From Clostridia bacterium (GTDB lineage Bacteria > UBA6262 > WVXT01): a stretch of 64,000 nt of DNA. The translations under genes and the position numbers were made by a program. The notes beneath the pieces are model-generated. The model had not been told where the DNA came from, made no database searches, and was given only the letters and a program-made list of their open reading frames with translations. Of the stretch, positions 9,466 through 18,626 are shown one piece after another (positions within the stretch are counted from its first letter, which is position 1; each line of letters begins with the position of its first letter). The DNA lies in contig WJOT01000029.1 of assembly GCA_009619095.1 (NCBI GenBank), forward strand, positions 736 to 64,735. The letters run 5' to 3'.

Positions 9466-9713
9466 TGTATTTTTTGTTCCTTTTCAAAAAAGAAAAAATT
9501 AAAGGGGGCGAAAAAGGAAAAAGAAAAAATTTTCTTTTGGGCGATTTTGATGTTTTTAAAAAGCAGATTTAATATAAGTTTTTTAGTCTCTTTGTCCATC
9601 ACTTTCTTGTTCGGATCGTAGCCCTCCAAAAACTCCTCTACCCTGTCTAAATAGTCCCTTGAGCGCTCCTTCTCAATTTCTCTAACCTCTTGTAATGCAA
9701 TGAGTTTCATCAT
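9393..9713 (-). CDS. Doubtful small ORF reading out of the SIR2 cassette through the left inverted repeat
   Basis: Only the first ~55 codons (MMKLIALQEVREIEKERSRDYLDRVEEFLEGYDPNKK...) look protein-like. The rest translates the A/T-rich IR and overlaps the miaB start, and there is no clear Shine-Dalgarno. Confidence 0.25.
   Translation of the reverse strand: MMKLIALQEVREIEKERSRDYLDRVEEFLEGYDPNKKVMDKETKKLILNLLFKNIKIAQKKIFSFSFFAPFNFFFFEKEQKIQCQKNQRLMKNRLRESISGLSDVR
9493..9570. repeat. Left arm of a long inverted repeat bounding the SIR2 cassette
   Basis: AAAAAATTAAAGGGGGCGAAAAAGGAAAAAGAAAAAATTTTCTTTTGGGCGATTTTGATGTTTTT plus AAAAAGCAGATTT. Its reverse complement recurs at 11757-11875, with 2 mismatches in the 65-nt core. 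Confidence 0.8.
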
Positions 9714-9733
9714 TTATCTATTCAGAATCATAA

Positions 9734-10798
9734 CTAGAGGTTTTTGGAAAACTCTGCAAACGTTTTATGATCCGCGTATCCTCCTTTACTACAACCTCTC
9801 AAAAGCCTTTTTATTCGTTTTACTGTTTTTTTGCTTTTATCGACTATTATTATCTTTTTAAATTTTTTCTTTTTCCTCTCCTTCGTAACCCTAGATAATA
9901 TAGCTGATAGGTGATAATCGGTTGCAGTGAGAGAACAGCCTAGAAATATTAAACATTCAGCATCTTTTAAACTAAGATAACACCGTCGCCATAAGCCTTT
10001 CCAAAACTTATTATTAAAAAATTTTGTATAAAGGGGAGGAATAAAAAATCTGATCAACCTTTCTCTTTTAATGTTATAAGTTCTCGGAACCCGTGACATT
10101 ATTATTTTAGATGGTGGACGTCTCGATAAAACATCATCCAGTTTGGACATTTTCCCTTTTGCAAACCAATTTAATGATCCATGAGGTTTTAATAACCTCA
10201 CTTGATTCATATCCGCGAGTGGTTTTCGGTGAATATCATCGTACTTTATTTTACTTCTAGCCTCAAAACCATATCCTAACTCTGGAGTCCATCCAAAATT
10301 ACAAAGTTCGACATCAAGCAAAGTATCGTAATTCAACGTTATTAAAGTGTCTTTGCCAGAAAGCCTAGCGACCAATTTTTCATAATGATTAATGCTTTTC
10401 TTTTGATAATGGTTAGACTGAATATATATGAATAACTTGATCAATAAGGAGATAAAATCTTTGATTTCTATTCTATAACCAGGTTTTCTTGTTCTTCCTC
10501 TACTTTTTTTAAATATCTCTGGTATGTCTTTAGACATAAACAAGACATTAAATACATCCTCCATAGTGGGGTAATGTTGAGATGTAAGAAGGGTTTCGTT
10601 TATAAATGAAATTAGTCGTGAAAAAGAATTTTTATTAGCTTGTCCACCTTCGATTTTGACAAAGCGTGCAAGCATATCAAAATAATCTCTATTTAGAGGT
10701 AATCTAATATTGCCCGGCTTGATACTAGAAATAGCACCTCGTGAAGCACCCGCTCCTATAATTATCGTGGTTCTATATTCTTTTTTCTTAATTTTCAT
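9734..10798 (-). CDS. Stand-alone SIR2-like (SIR2_2 type) protein, putative NAD+-consuming defence effector
   Basis: Rossmann start IIIGAGASRGA, LITLNYDTLLD (Asn motif), LLKPHGSLNW (His motif) and FLGCSLTATDYH. This pattern resembles ThsA/DSR-type SIR2 domains. Confidence 0.7.
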   Translation of the reverse strand: MKIKKKEYRTTIIIGAGASRGAISSIKPGNIRLPLNRDYFDMLARFVKIEGGQANKNSFSRLISFINETLLTSQHYPTMEDVFNVLFMSKDIPEIFKKSRGRTRKPGYRIEIKDFISLLIKLFIYIQSNHYQKKSINHYEKLVARLSGKDTLITLNYDTLLDVELCNFGWTPELGYGFEARSKIKYDDIHRKPLADMNQVRLLKPHGSLNWFAKGKMSKLDDVLSRRPPSKIIMSRVPRTYNIKRERLIRFFIPPLYTKFFNNKFWKGLWRRCYLSLKDAECLIFLGCSLTATDYHLSAILSRVTKERKKKKFKKIIIVDKSKKTVKRIKRLLRGCSKGGYADHKTFAEFSKNL

Positions 10799-10802
10799 GA
10801 AA

Positions 10803-11021
10803 CTATTTCTTCTTGTACAGCGTTAATGTCACTCTGACAGAATTAGCCGACTTATTTAATAATTTTGCTATCTCTTTTGGTTTAAAACCAGCATTATAAA
10901 GAAGTCTCGTCTGATCTTTAAGTTCTTTACCATATGTAATCCCAGAGGCAATTAATTTAATCAAGGTATCAATCTTACTTTCTAAAACTTTGAAATCATA
11001 TTCTTTTCTTTTCTTCTTCAT
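10803..11021 (-). CDS. Small HTH protein, paralog 3 of 3
   Basis: Helical N-terminus plus KPKEIAKLLNKSANSVRVTL (HTH). I set the start at MKKKRKEY, 8 nt after the upstream stop. Confidence 0.5.
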   Translation of the reverse strand: MKKKRKEYDFKVLESKIDTLIKLIASGITYGKELKDQTRLLYNAGFKPKEIAKLLNKSANSVRVTLTLYKKK

Positions 11022-11029
11022 AATGCCTT

Positions 11030-11332
11030 CTATACCAGTTTTTTGGGATATTTTGTTCCCCATTTGCCTTTAATAAACTCTACAAGGCCTGTTTTCTGAC
11101 ATTCAATGCTAAATAGTCTTACGTTTTCATGTGATGTCTTCAATTTTTTTGCAATATCTTCAAGACTATTTTTACCATTAAACATTTTATACATTTGTTT
11201 CCTTTTACCTCTGACTTTGCTTAATTCTCCTAAAGCTTTATCCTTTTGAGCAGAGGCAATAATATTTATCCCTCGTTTTATATCTTTTAACGCTTCTAAG
11301 ATCTCTTTCAGCACTTTTAAATTTTCGTCCAT
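11030..11332 (-). CDS. Small HTH protein, paralog 2 of 3
   Basis: ATG at 11332 is preceded by AGGAGGTG. SLEDIAKKLKTSHENVRLF is the HTH, and the tail is YPKKLV. Confidence 0.55.
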   Translation of the reverse strand: MDENLKVLKEILEALKDIKRGINIIASAQKDKALGELSKVRGKRKQMYKMFNGKNSLEDIAKKLKTSHENVRLFSIECQKTGLVEFIKGKWGTKYPKKLV

Positions 11333-11352
11333 ATTTTCACCTCCTAACAAAT

Positions 11353-11658
11353 TTACAATTTTTTAGGAAATTTTGCTTTGCCGTAAGAAGCTTTTATTAA
11401 AGTAACAAAACTATAAGCAAGGAGCCCATCAACCACATATTGAATCGTGCGGCTTGTTTTACCAACTTTCTTAGCTATTTCTTTAATCTGTCTTTTCCCA
11501 TTGCATAAGTTTAAAACCTTCCTATTAACACCTGTATCCAAAAAATCATTTCTTTCTTTCTCAATATTACGTCTATTCGCTAAGACCAACAGTTTTATGC
11601 CTTTATTGATTTCCTGTAAAGTAATTTTTAATTCTTCATTTATGTCTTCCTGAGCCAT
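11353..11658 (-). CDS. Small HTH protein, paralog 1 of 3
   Basis: GGAGGTG Shine-Dalgarno. QIKEIAKKVGKTSRTIQYVV is the HTH, and the tail FPKKL is shared with paralog 2. Confidence 0.55.
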   Translation of the reverse strand: MAQEDINEELKITLQEINKGIKLLVLANRRNIEKERNDFLDTGVNRKVLNLCNGKRQIKEIAKKVGKTSRTIQYVVDGLLAYSFVTLIKASYGKAKFPKKL

Positions 11659-11756
11659 ATTCCACCTCCATGCATTTTATTGTTTCTCATTACCCACCAA
11701 GTCCTTTTTAAAGGGGAAGCAGTCACTGCGTGACTGCTGGGTGGGCGAGGTAATTC

Positions 11757-11875
11757 AAATCTGCTTTTTAAAGGCCATAAGGCCTGCGGATTGCCCGAAG
11801 GGCAAGACGCAAAAACATCAAAATCGCCCAAAAGAAAATTTTTTCTTTTTCTTTTTTCACCCCCTTTAATTTTTT
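11757..11875. repeat. Right arm of the inverted repeat (carries a ~40 nt hairpin insertion)
   Basis: Reverse complement of 9493-9570. About 40 nt (ggccataaggcc / ttgcccgaagggcaa hairpins) are inserted between the 13-nt inner part and the 65-nt core (11811-11875). Confidence 0.8.
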
Positions 11876-11934
11876 AAAAGGTGCTTTGTATCACATCAAG
11901 GCCTGACACCATCTTTCTTTTTACCTGTTTCACT

Positions 11935-14900
11935 CTACTCTAAAATTGTTATGAACTCCGCAATGATTTTAAGTTCTCCTTCTTCACATCGCGGTAAGAT
12001 TATAGGTTTGTATGCCTTATTCAAAGGCTCAAGGATTATTTTTTCATGTTGCCAAGTACCATCCCGCTTAAATCTCTTTTCACTATAATATTTCTTAACC
12101 GTATAGCTTCCGCCTGTATCAATATCACCTATATCATGATGTTGTGCAAGAACTATTTTCCCTTGACGGCTTCCAACAACATCTGCGCTAAATACACAAT
12201 AACTGTTGTTGGGAATCTTCGGTTCCATGGAATAGCCTACGACTTTTGCAACGAACATCCTTTTATCCAATTTCCGCCCAATATCCACCTTCATCCATCC
12301 TTCAGGCTCCACGGCTAATCCATCGCCAAATTTTCCCGCGGCCGTCTCTAAAGAATAAATTGGTAATACGCTAATAAATTTTTCGCTCTCTTCGATCTCA
12401 CCATCAGAAACGATGTCACTAACAAATAATTCTGACTTTGGAAGCCTCTCCTCAATTATTTTTGAACCAATGCCAGGAAAATAATCATCGCTTACTCCGA
12501 CTGCCTTTCCAGCCATTTCATAAATGCTCTGTCCACGGCCGAAATAAGAATCATAAACATGCTGATATACAACATCGCATTTACTGTTGAACAGCTCAGG
12601 TGTATACCGTTCGGGCAAACCCTCTAAGGTCTCCTCAATTGCCACCCGCACAACCGCTCGAGTCTGTTGCCTCTTACGCCAATCAAGGACAAGTTTCTCC
12701 CGCCTAAGTGCCTGCAGCAGTTCTCGCGCCACCTTCTTAACCCGCTGCTTTTCTTTCTCGGTTAAATCCATCTCCGGCTTAGTCAATAAATCAAACACCG
12801 CTAGCTCCTCTTCCGTCAGTCCCCCAGCAATCGCTCGCTTTTCCTCCTCACCGAGCTCTTTTGCAAACTCCGTTAACTTCTTAAAGAAAACCTCCAGATT
12901 ATAAGCACCGGCATTATATTCATCTAGCATCTTCTGGAATTTTTCCATAAAATCCATCCTGCTTCTGTTCAGCCAAACCATCAATTTTAATTTTCTACCT
13001 ATAGCGCTCTTGAACTTTTCTGCCTCCATGCGTTTATGGCCAATTTTAAACTTTTCCTTCAACGCCTCAAAGTCTATCTTGCTTAAATCTATAAGACGGT
13101 CCTTCCCTTCGGGAGGCTTAATGACATAATCCGCAATCCTCACAGAGTCATCAAGCAATCCTTCAACCCTGCCCATTACCTCATCTATAGCCTCAGGTGG
13201 CGAGGGTTCTGGGCTAAGCAATCTAATCTTATTTGCAAGCACGACTATCAGTTTCCGTATAGAACGAAACTCATTCGCCAAAGGGTCTGGCAGAATAGCT
13301 TTATAAAGTCTGTTCACGACAGCAGCCAATGATAAATACTTCCTCTTTGATTCCTCATCAACGATAATCGACTCAACAGCATCGTCCAACAACCGTACAC
13401 GGCTAAAGCCTTCCGCTGCTTGAAACTCTGCCTGGAGTTTCAACAAATCAACGCCTCTCTCAATGCAGAATTCCTTCGTCTCCTTTACCGCTTCCCTTAA
13501 TAACTCAACAAGCTCACCTTTAGGCCTGACTGGTGTCTCGCCGCCTTCAGCCCCGGTACCATATATCGCCAACGCTTTTTGTAAATCCCTAAATACGCCG
13601 ATATAATCAACAATTAAACCGTTATTCTTCTCCCCAAAAACCCTGTTTGCCCGGGCAATCGTCTGCATAAGCGTGTGATTACGCATAGGTTTATCAAGAT
13701 ACATTGTGGAACAGCACGGCACATCAAAACCTGTCATCCACATCGCGCACACAAACACAATCCGGAACGGATCCTCTGGCTTTTTAAACTTGGTATCCAG
13801 ATCTTCCCTCACCATCCGCCTGCGATGCGGCGTAATATCCACGCCCTTCCTTCTAAGCTCTTCAATTTCATTTTGGGACTGCGAGACAACGACAGCCAAA
13901 TCAGTTTCTTTCATATACTTAAGCTTTTCCTCTAATTCTTCTTTTTCGATACCGTAACTACGCCTGATTTTTGCTTCTAAGTCACTTTTATATTGTTCCC
14001 AGTACTTTTGCACCTTATCATACATCTTAACGGCTGTGGCCTTATCAATACTAACCACCATCGCCTTCCCCATAAATCCTCGGCCCATAAAATGATCAAC
14101 AATATCCTCAGCAATTCTTTCTAAACGGGTATCACGGGTAATCACCTGATATTCCCTGCTGAACTCCCGCTCAACCCTTCTCTCCTGCTCCTCATCTAAC
14201 GCCGCCTCATCAAGCAGCTGTTCCATTTCCGCGTTTAAGTCTCTGTTAGTCAGCTGCAGTTCCGGTATTCTATTCTCATAATAAAGTGGTACAGTCGCCC
14301 TATCATCCGCTGACTGCTTGAAGTTATAAATACTGACATAATCGCCAAAAACCTCTTTGGTCTTCTCCTCTCCTGCAATAAGCGGCGTTCCTGTAAACCC
14401 TATGAACGCCGCTTTAGGGAGGGCATTACGCATATTCAAGGCGAAGATGTCATATTGGGTACGGTGGGCCTCATCGGTAATGACAATAATATCTGACCGG
14501 TCTGAAAGCTTGGAGTAAATGGCTCCTTGTCTTGTGTGAAATTTCTGAATCAACGTAAATATGTACCTGTGATCCTCGCGTAATAATTGCTTCAAATGCT
14601 CGCCGCTGTCAGCCTGCACATATTGCTCGGTTATAGCCCCCGCATTAACAAAATTTTTATAAATCTGCCGGTCCAGGGACTGTCGGTCCGTCACGATTAC
14701 AAAAGTATAGTTGCCGGGGATCGTACGCAGGATCTTCTGAGAGAAAAATATCATTGAGTAGCTCTTGCCGCTACCTTGAGTATGCCAGAAGACGCCAAGC
14801 CTTCCCTTTTCTTCCTCTATCCGCTTAAATTTCTCAATGACGTTATTTACGCCAAGATACTGATGGTTCTTTGCCATCATCTTAACAAGACCGCCTCCAG

Positions 14901-15681
14901 CCTCACTAAACAGAATAAAATTCTCAACTATATCAAATAACCGCTCTGGCTCGCACGTGCCCCGGATCATTGTCTCTAAGGAAACAACTCCCTTTTCTCC
15001 TTCGCTATTAATCTTCTTCCATTCAACAAAATTCTCCCACTCGGATGTTATAGTGCCAACTCTGCTTTGACTGCCGTTTGACAATATGATGATTGCGTTG
15101 TACAGAAAAACCTGGGGGATTGTCTCTTTATAGTCCCTAAGGTTTCTCCTGTAAGCGTGTTCTAATCTCCTGTGCGATGCCTTAAGCTCAATAAAAACCA
15201 AAGGCAGGCCATTTACAAAACCGACTAAATCCGCCCGCCTTTTATACATCTCCCCCGAAATCCAAAGCTGGGATGCCAGTAAGAAGTCATTGTTAGCTGA
15301 CTCATTCCAATCAATAACTTTGACTTTTATGTAGGTCTCCTCCCGATCATCGGTTGCCCTTCTTGCCAGTACTGTAACGCCATCCCTTAACATTTTGTAA
15401 ATCTCGCAGTTGGCGTAAGTAGGATTCATGGCGCTGCGGTCTTTGATGAGCTCTTCTATGGCTAATTGGATAACTGTATCGGGAAGTTCGGGATTGAGTC
15501 TTCGAAGGGCTAGTTTGAGCCTTTTGATTAAAACAACCTCGGATGTTGTCTCTCTACCCAATATACCGCCAGGACCCAGCGTCTCATCAAAACAATTAAT
15601 CGTCTCCCATCCTAAACGGGAAAAGAGCTCTATTGCGGGCTGTTCAACAAGGGAACCTTCTGTAAAGTTATTGTTCCTCAT
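11935..15681 (-). CDS. hsdR: Type I restriction enzyme R subunit fused to a C-terminal LexA/S24-like peptidase domain
   Basis: HsdR N-terminus (EQPAIELFSRLGWE), SF2 helicase motifs (HTQGSGKS, TDEAHR, QTIARANR) and a C-terminal extension. The last ~145 aa carry LPIYSLETAAGKF...VVGYSMEP...GKIVLAQ...YTVKKY, matching the S24 Ser/Lys fold. Confidence 0.9.
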   Translation of the reverse strand: MRNNNFTEGSLVEQPAIELFSRLGWETINCFDETLGPGGILGRETTSEVVLIKRLKLALRRLNPELPDTVIQLAIEELIKDRSAMNPTYANCEIYKMLRDGVTVLARRATDDREETYIKVKVIDWNESANNDFLLASQLWISGEMYKRRADLVGFVNGLPLVFIELKASHRRLEHAYRRNLRDYKETIPQVFLYNAIIILSNGSQSRVGTITSEWENFVEWKKINSEGEKGVVSLETMIRGTCEPERLFDIVENFILFSEAGGGLVKMMAKNHQYLGVNNVIEKFKRIEEEKGRLGVFWHTQGSGKSYSMIFFSQKILRTIPGNYTFVIVTDRQSLDRQIYKNFVNAGAITEQYVQADSGEHLKQLLREDHRYIFTLIQKFHTRQGAIYSKLSDRSDIIVITDEAHRTQYDIFALNMRNALPKAAFIGFTGTPLIAGEEKTKEVFGDYVSIYNFKQSADDRATVPLYYENRIPELQLTNRDLNAEMEQLLDEAALDEEQERRVEREFSREYQVITRDTRLERIAEDIVDHFMGRGFMGKAMVVSIDKATAVKMYDKVQKYWEQYKSDLEAKIRRSYGIEKEELEEKLKYMKETDLAVVVSQSQNEIEELRRKGVDITPHRRRMVREDLDTKFKKPEDPFRIVFVCAMWMTGFDVPCCSTMYLDKPMRNHTLMQTIARANRVFGEKNNGLIVDYIGVFRDLQKALAIYGTGAEGGETPVRPKGELVELLREAVKETKEFCIERGVDLLKLQAEFQAAEGFSRVRLLDDAVESIIVDEESKRKYLSLAAVVNRLYKAILPDPLANEFRSIRKLIVVLANKIRLLSPEPSPPEAIDEVMGRVEGLLDDSVRIADYVIKPPEGKDRLIDLSKIDFEALKEKFKIGHKRMEAEKFKSAIGRKLKLMVWLNRSRMDFMEKFQKMLDEYNAGAYNLEVFFKKLTEFAKELGEEEKRAIAGGLTEEELAVFDLLTKPEMDLTEKEKQRVKKVARELLQALRREKLVLDWRKRQQTRAVVRVAIEETLEGLPERYTPELFNSKCDVVYQHVYDSYFGRGQSIYEMAGKAVGVSDDYFPGIGSKIIEERLPKSELFVSDIVSDGEIEESEKFISVLPIYSLETAAGKFGDGLAVEPEGWMKVDIGRKLDKRMFVAKVVGYSMEPKIPNNSYCVFSADVVGSRQGKIVLAQHHDIGDIDTGGSYTVKKYYSEKRFKRDGTWQHEKIILEPLNKAYKPIILPRCEEGELKIIAEFITILE

Positions 15682-16931
15682 TCGGCAAGTTCTCCAACAT
15701 CTATATCCAAATCTTCAACATCTATTTCGCCTGAGATAAGTTTAGGGAGCAAAAGGTCACGAGTTTGGCGCAGGTTTTTTTGTTCAAAATATCCAACAGT
15801 AATTCTTTTCAGCATTGGTTCAATTGATTCATTAAACCTTGTAACAATGTCTTTTGGTGGTAAAATGACGGACATTTCGGCCAATCCCTCATCCCAAACT
15901 GCATACGGCATCGTGCTTCCTTTTGAATGACTATTAGCATAATTTATCGTTGATTCTTGAAACAGAGTTAATACAGAATATGCATAATAGTTGGAATCAT
16001 TAGGTCTTAAAATAAAACAAGTTGTTCTTGTAGTTCCATTAAAAGGTGCTATTACTACTTTATGGAAATATGACCGCATTGCCCCAAATAATACATCGTA
16101 CTTTTTAAATCGTATTAAACTGCTTTTAGCCTCGGAACCAGGTTTGGAAGTATTAAGATACAATGATTTACGTGGTAGACAATCGATTGGGACATAAGGA
16201 ATTTTTAAAAGGTGATTGCCAGATTTTTCAGATTGTTTTATGTTTGATACAAGATTTTTTAACTTCTTCACCTCCCACCCCTCCGGAATCTTGCCCAAAG
16301 GGGAATCAACCATTCTCGCTTTTTCGTGGCCGGGGAATCTAAACTTAACAAACCACTCCTGATATATTGTCTGGGCCATCTCTTCCAAAATCTTGATCCG
16401 GCGGCTGTTGTTCTCGATCAGGTCATCGTAGACGGAGAGGATGGAGACGATTTTGCGTTGGGTGGGGAAAAGGGGGAGATCTACAGGAACACGAAAAAGC
16501 ACATTCACCGTGAGATAAGGGACTGATGTCCCAGTCGCCAAACCGGGAAGCCCAATTTGGCCGAGCAGATAGTAGAGGTAGCGCCGGTCTATCACATCAG
16601 CATTGGCGAGTGCCCCCATCATGTTGTTGTCAATGATGGTCGCGCGAGTAAGCAGTCGGACTCTGTTCTGTTTTAGTGCTTCCCCGATCTTGGCAAAAAC
16701 AGGTGTTCCGGCGGGTAAGGGTTTTGCCTTAAGCTCCCCAAGTTGGTCCGTCGATACCCAGTTGTTTGCTTCGTTGATGTGAACCTCGTTTCCTCCAAGG
16801 TTCATGTCGCTTACCTTGATGAAAGGGAAGTCCCCAGAAGTTGCGCCCTGGTATTCCTGAGGAAAAGCCGAGCCTGCTTGAAACCTGCAAAGGTCGCCAA
16901 GCGTTAACTTGCTATTGCCAGCGAAAGTCAT
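15678..16931 (-). CDS. hsdS: Type I restriction-modification specificity subunit
   Basis: Two target-recognition domains are separated by conserved helical spacers ([29 protein letters not shown]; [16 protein letters not shown]). 4-nt overlaps with hsdM and hsdR. Confidence 0.85.
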   Translation of the reverse strand: MTFAGNSKLTLGDLCRFQAGSAFPQEYQGATSGDFPFIKVSDMNLGGNEVHINEANNWVSTDQLGELKAKPLPAGTPVFAKIGEALKQNRVRLLTRATIIDNNMMGALANADVIDRRYLYYLLGQIGLPGLATGTSVPYLTVNVLFRVPVDLPLFPTQRKIVSILSVYDDLIENNSRRIKILEEMAQTIYQEWFVKFRFPGHEKARMVDSPLGKIPEGWEVKKLKNLVSNIKQSEKSGNHLLKIPYVPIDCLPRKSLYLNTSKPGSEAKSSLIRFKKYDVLFGAMRSYFHKVVIAPFNGTTRTTCFILRPNDSNYYAYSVLTLFQESTINYANSHSKGSTMPYAVWDEGLAEMSVILPPKDIVTRFNESIEPMLKRITVGYFEQKNLRQTRDLLLPKLISGEIDVEDLDIDVGELAE

Positions 16932-18472
16932 CGCTCCCCCTCCAGCAATTCCGAAATATTCTTTCCAATCCGCCCTTCCATTTTCCGTGCCTCGCTGTTC
17001 AATCCTTCCATTTCTTTATTTAATTCCTCAATCCGCTCAGTAAAATCAAAATCCTCTTCTTCTCTTTCAGCTACGCCAACATATCGCCCTGGATTAAGGC
17101 TCCATCCGTTCTTTTTAATCTCTTCTATTGTCGCTACCTTACAAAGGCCGGCTATATCAGCGTACTTTCCTTTGGGAAATTTCTCCTTCATCATCTTATC
17201 GCTACCATTAACGTTTTCTGGCTTCTCGCCACGATAGAGCCTTGCAATATTTGCCAAAAACTCAATCTGTGCTGGGGTAAATTCTCTATGGGCGCGGTCT
17301 ATCTGGTGATAAATATGGCGGGCATCAATAAAAAGAACCTTGTCCTTACACGGGGTTTTCTTTTTACCTTTATCCAAAAACCAAAGCGCACAAGGAAGAA
17401 CGACCGTAGAAAAGAAATTAGGACCAATCGACACCATCACATCCACTGCGCGGTCTTCAATCAGCCTTTTTCTAATTTCAAGCTCAGAAGCACGGGCATC
17501 AGCCGCAGCGTTAGCCATAACAAATCCTGCCCTGCCTTTGGAATTCAATGCACTATAGAATATCTGAATCCATAAATAGTTCGCGTTATCAGTCGAAGGC
17601 ATGCCAAAAGGAAAGCGCGGGTCATCCTTTATCTTATCTTTATCCACGCCGTCTACATTAAACGGGGGATTAGCCATTGCAAAATCAAACTTTCCTAAAC
17701 TATTATGCACGTCTTCATAATATGTGTTGCCCTGCCTAATATCCCCAGATAAGCCGTGGACCGCAAGGTTCATCTTGCTAAGCCGAATAGTATCAGCGAC
17801 CCTTTCTTCGCCATACGCCATGATCTCCGCGCTTGGATTCTTTTTGTGGTTTTCGACAAAGTGGGCGCTTTGCACAAACATACCGCCGGACCCGCAGGCA
17901 GGATCAAGGATGCGGCCGTGAAATGGCTCTATAATCCCAACAATAAGCTTAACAAGAGATGTAGGCGTAAAGAACTCACCACCCCTTTGGCCTTCGCCCA
18001 TAGCGAACTTGCCTAAAAAGTACTCATAAATCTTGCCGAAGACATCCCCCTCAATATCGTCTAACTTAAAGTTAAAGTTCCTCAGTAACACAAAGAGTAG
18101 ATCATTAGCGAAGCGGTTGTATGTCTTGGGCAGAACGCCTCTTAAATCCTCATTCTTCCTCTCAATAGCTTTCATTGCATTATTAACGGCTTGGCCGATA
18201 TTCGTCCCCTCAGGAAGATTCAACAGCCTGGAGAAGCGCGCTTCCCCTGGTAAATACATAACGCCCCTTGCCTGATAGTCTGCCTTGCCAATAGTCCTGC
18301 GCCCTGTTCTTCTGCCGGCTAGTTCTTTTTCTGCCTGGGTAAACTTAAAATCAGCGTACCGTAGAAATATCAAACCAAGCACCGGTTTTGAATATTCAGC
18401 GGAGGTTAAATGCGAATTAGCCCTCAGCTGATCCGCCGCACCCCACAACCTCTTCTCAATCTCTCCTGGCAT
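16928..18472 (-). CDS. hsdM: Type I restriction-modification N6-adenine DNA methyltransferase subunit
   Basis: HsdM N-terminal domain, the SAM motif [10 protein letters not shown] and the catalytic NPPF. Confidence 0.9.
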   Translation of the reverse strand: MPGEIEKRLWGAADQLRANSHLTSAEYSKPVLGLIFLRYADFKFTQAEKELAGRRTGRRTIGKADYQARGVMYLPGEARFSRLLNLPEGTNIGQAVNNAMKAIERKNEDLRGVLPKTYNRFANDLLFVLLRNFNFKLDDIEGDVFGKIYEYFLGKFAMGEGQRGGEFFTPTSLVKLIVGIIEPFHGRILDPACGSGGMFVQSAHFVENHKKNPSAEIMAYGEERVADTIRLSKMNLAVHGLSGDIRQGNTYYEDVHNSLGKFDFAMANPPFNVDGVDKDKIKDDPRFPFGMPSTDNANYLWIQIFYSALNSKGRAGFVMANAAADARASELEIRKRLIEDRAVDVMVSIGPNFFSTVVLPCALWFLDKGKKKTPCKDKVLFIDARHIYHQIDRAHREFTPAQIEFLANIARLYRGEKPENVNGSDKMMKEKFPKGKYADIAGLCKVATIEEIKKNGWSLNPGRYVGVAEREEEDFDFTERIEELNKEMEGLNSEARKMEGRIGKNISELLEGER

Positions 18473-18584
18473 ATCTAATTCTCCTCGTATTCGCCCTGTT
18501 CTTCATCCACTCATCAATCTCTTCTCTCTTAAATCGCCAGAGATTGCCTATCTTAGACGCCGGCATTTCGCCTTTCTGAGCCAT
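18456..18584 (-). pseudogene. Short ORF or remnant of an excisionase-type (HTH_17) DNA-binding gene upstream of hsdM
   Basis: My own translation is [42 protein letters not shown]. It matches only the C-terminal half of Xis/MerR-like HTH_17 proteins (..P..KIG..WRF...EID.W.). It overlaps the hsdM start and is below the ORF-track size cutoff. Confidence 0.4.
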
Positions 18585-18626
18585 CGGCGGACGACTGCGA
18601 TTGCCGAAGGAGGGATAAAAAGCTGT

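Noticed and set aside
11640-11831. 63-aa minus-strand ORF upstream of the first HTH gene
   Set aside because: It lies over the right inverted-repeat arm and its hairpin insertion, has an odd composition (P/W/G-rich), and overlaps the HTH gene start. It is most likely non-coding leader or IR sequence.
9493-11875. The inverted repeats as ends of an autonomous IS or transposon
   Set aside because: No transposase, integrase or invertase gene lies between or next to the arms, and I could not identify a target-site duplication flanking them. The cassette is therefore reported only as IR-bounded, with the mobility mechanism unknown.
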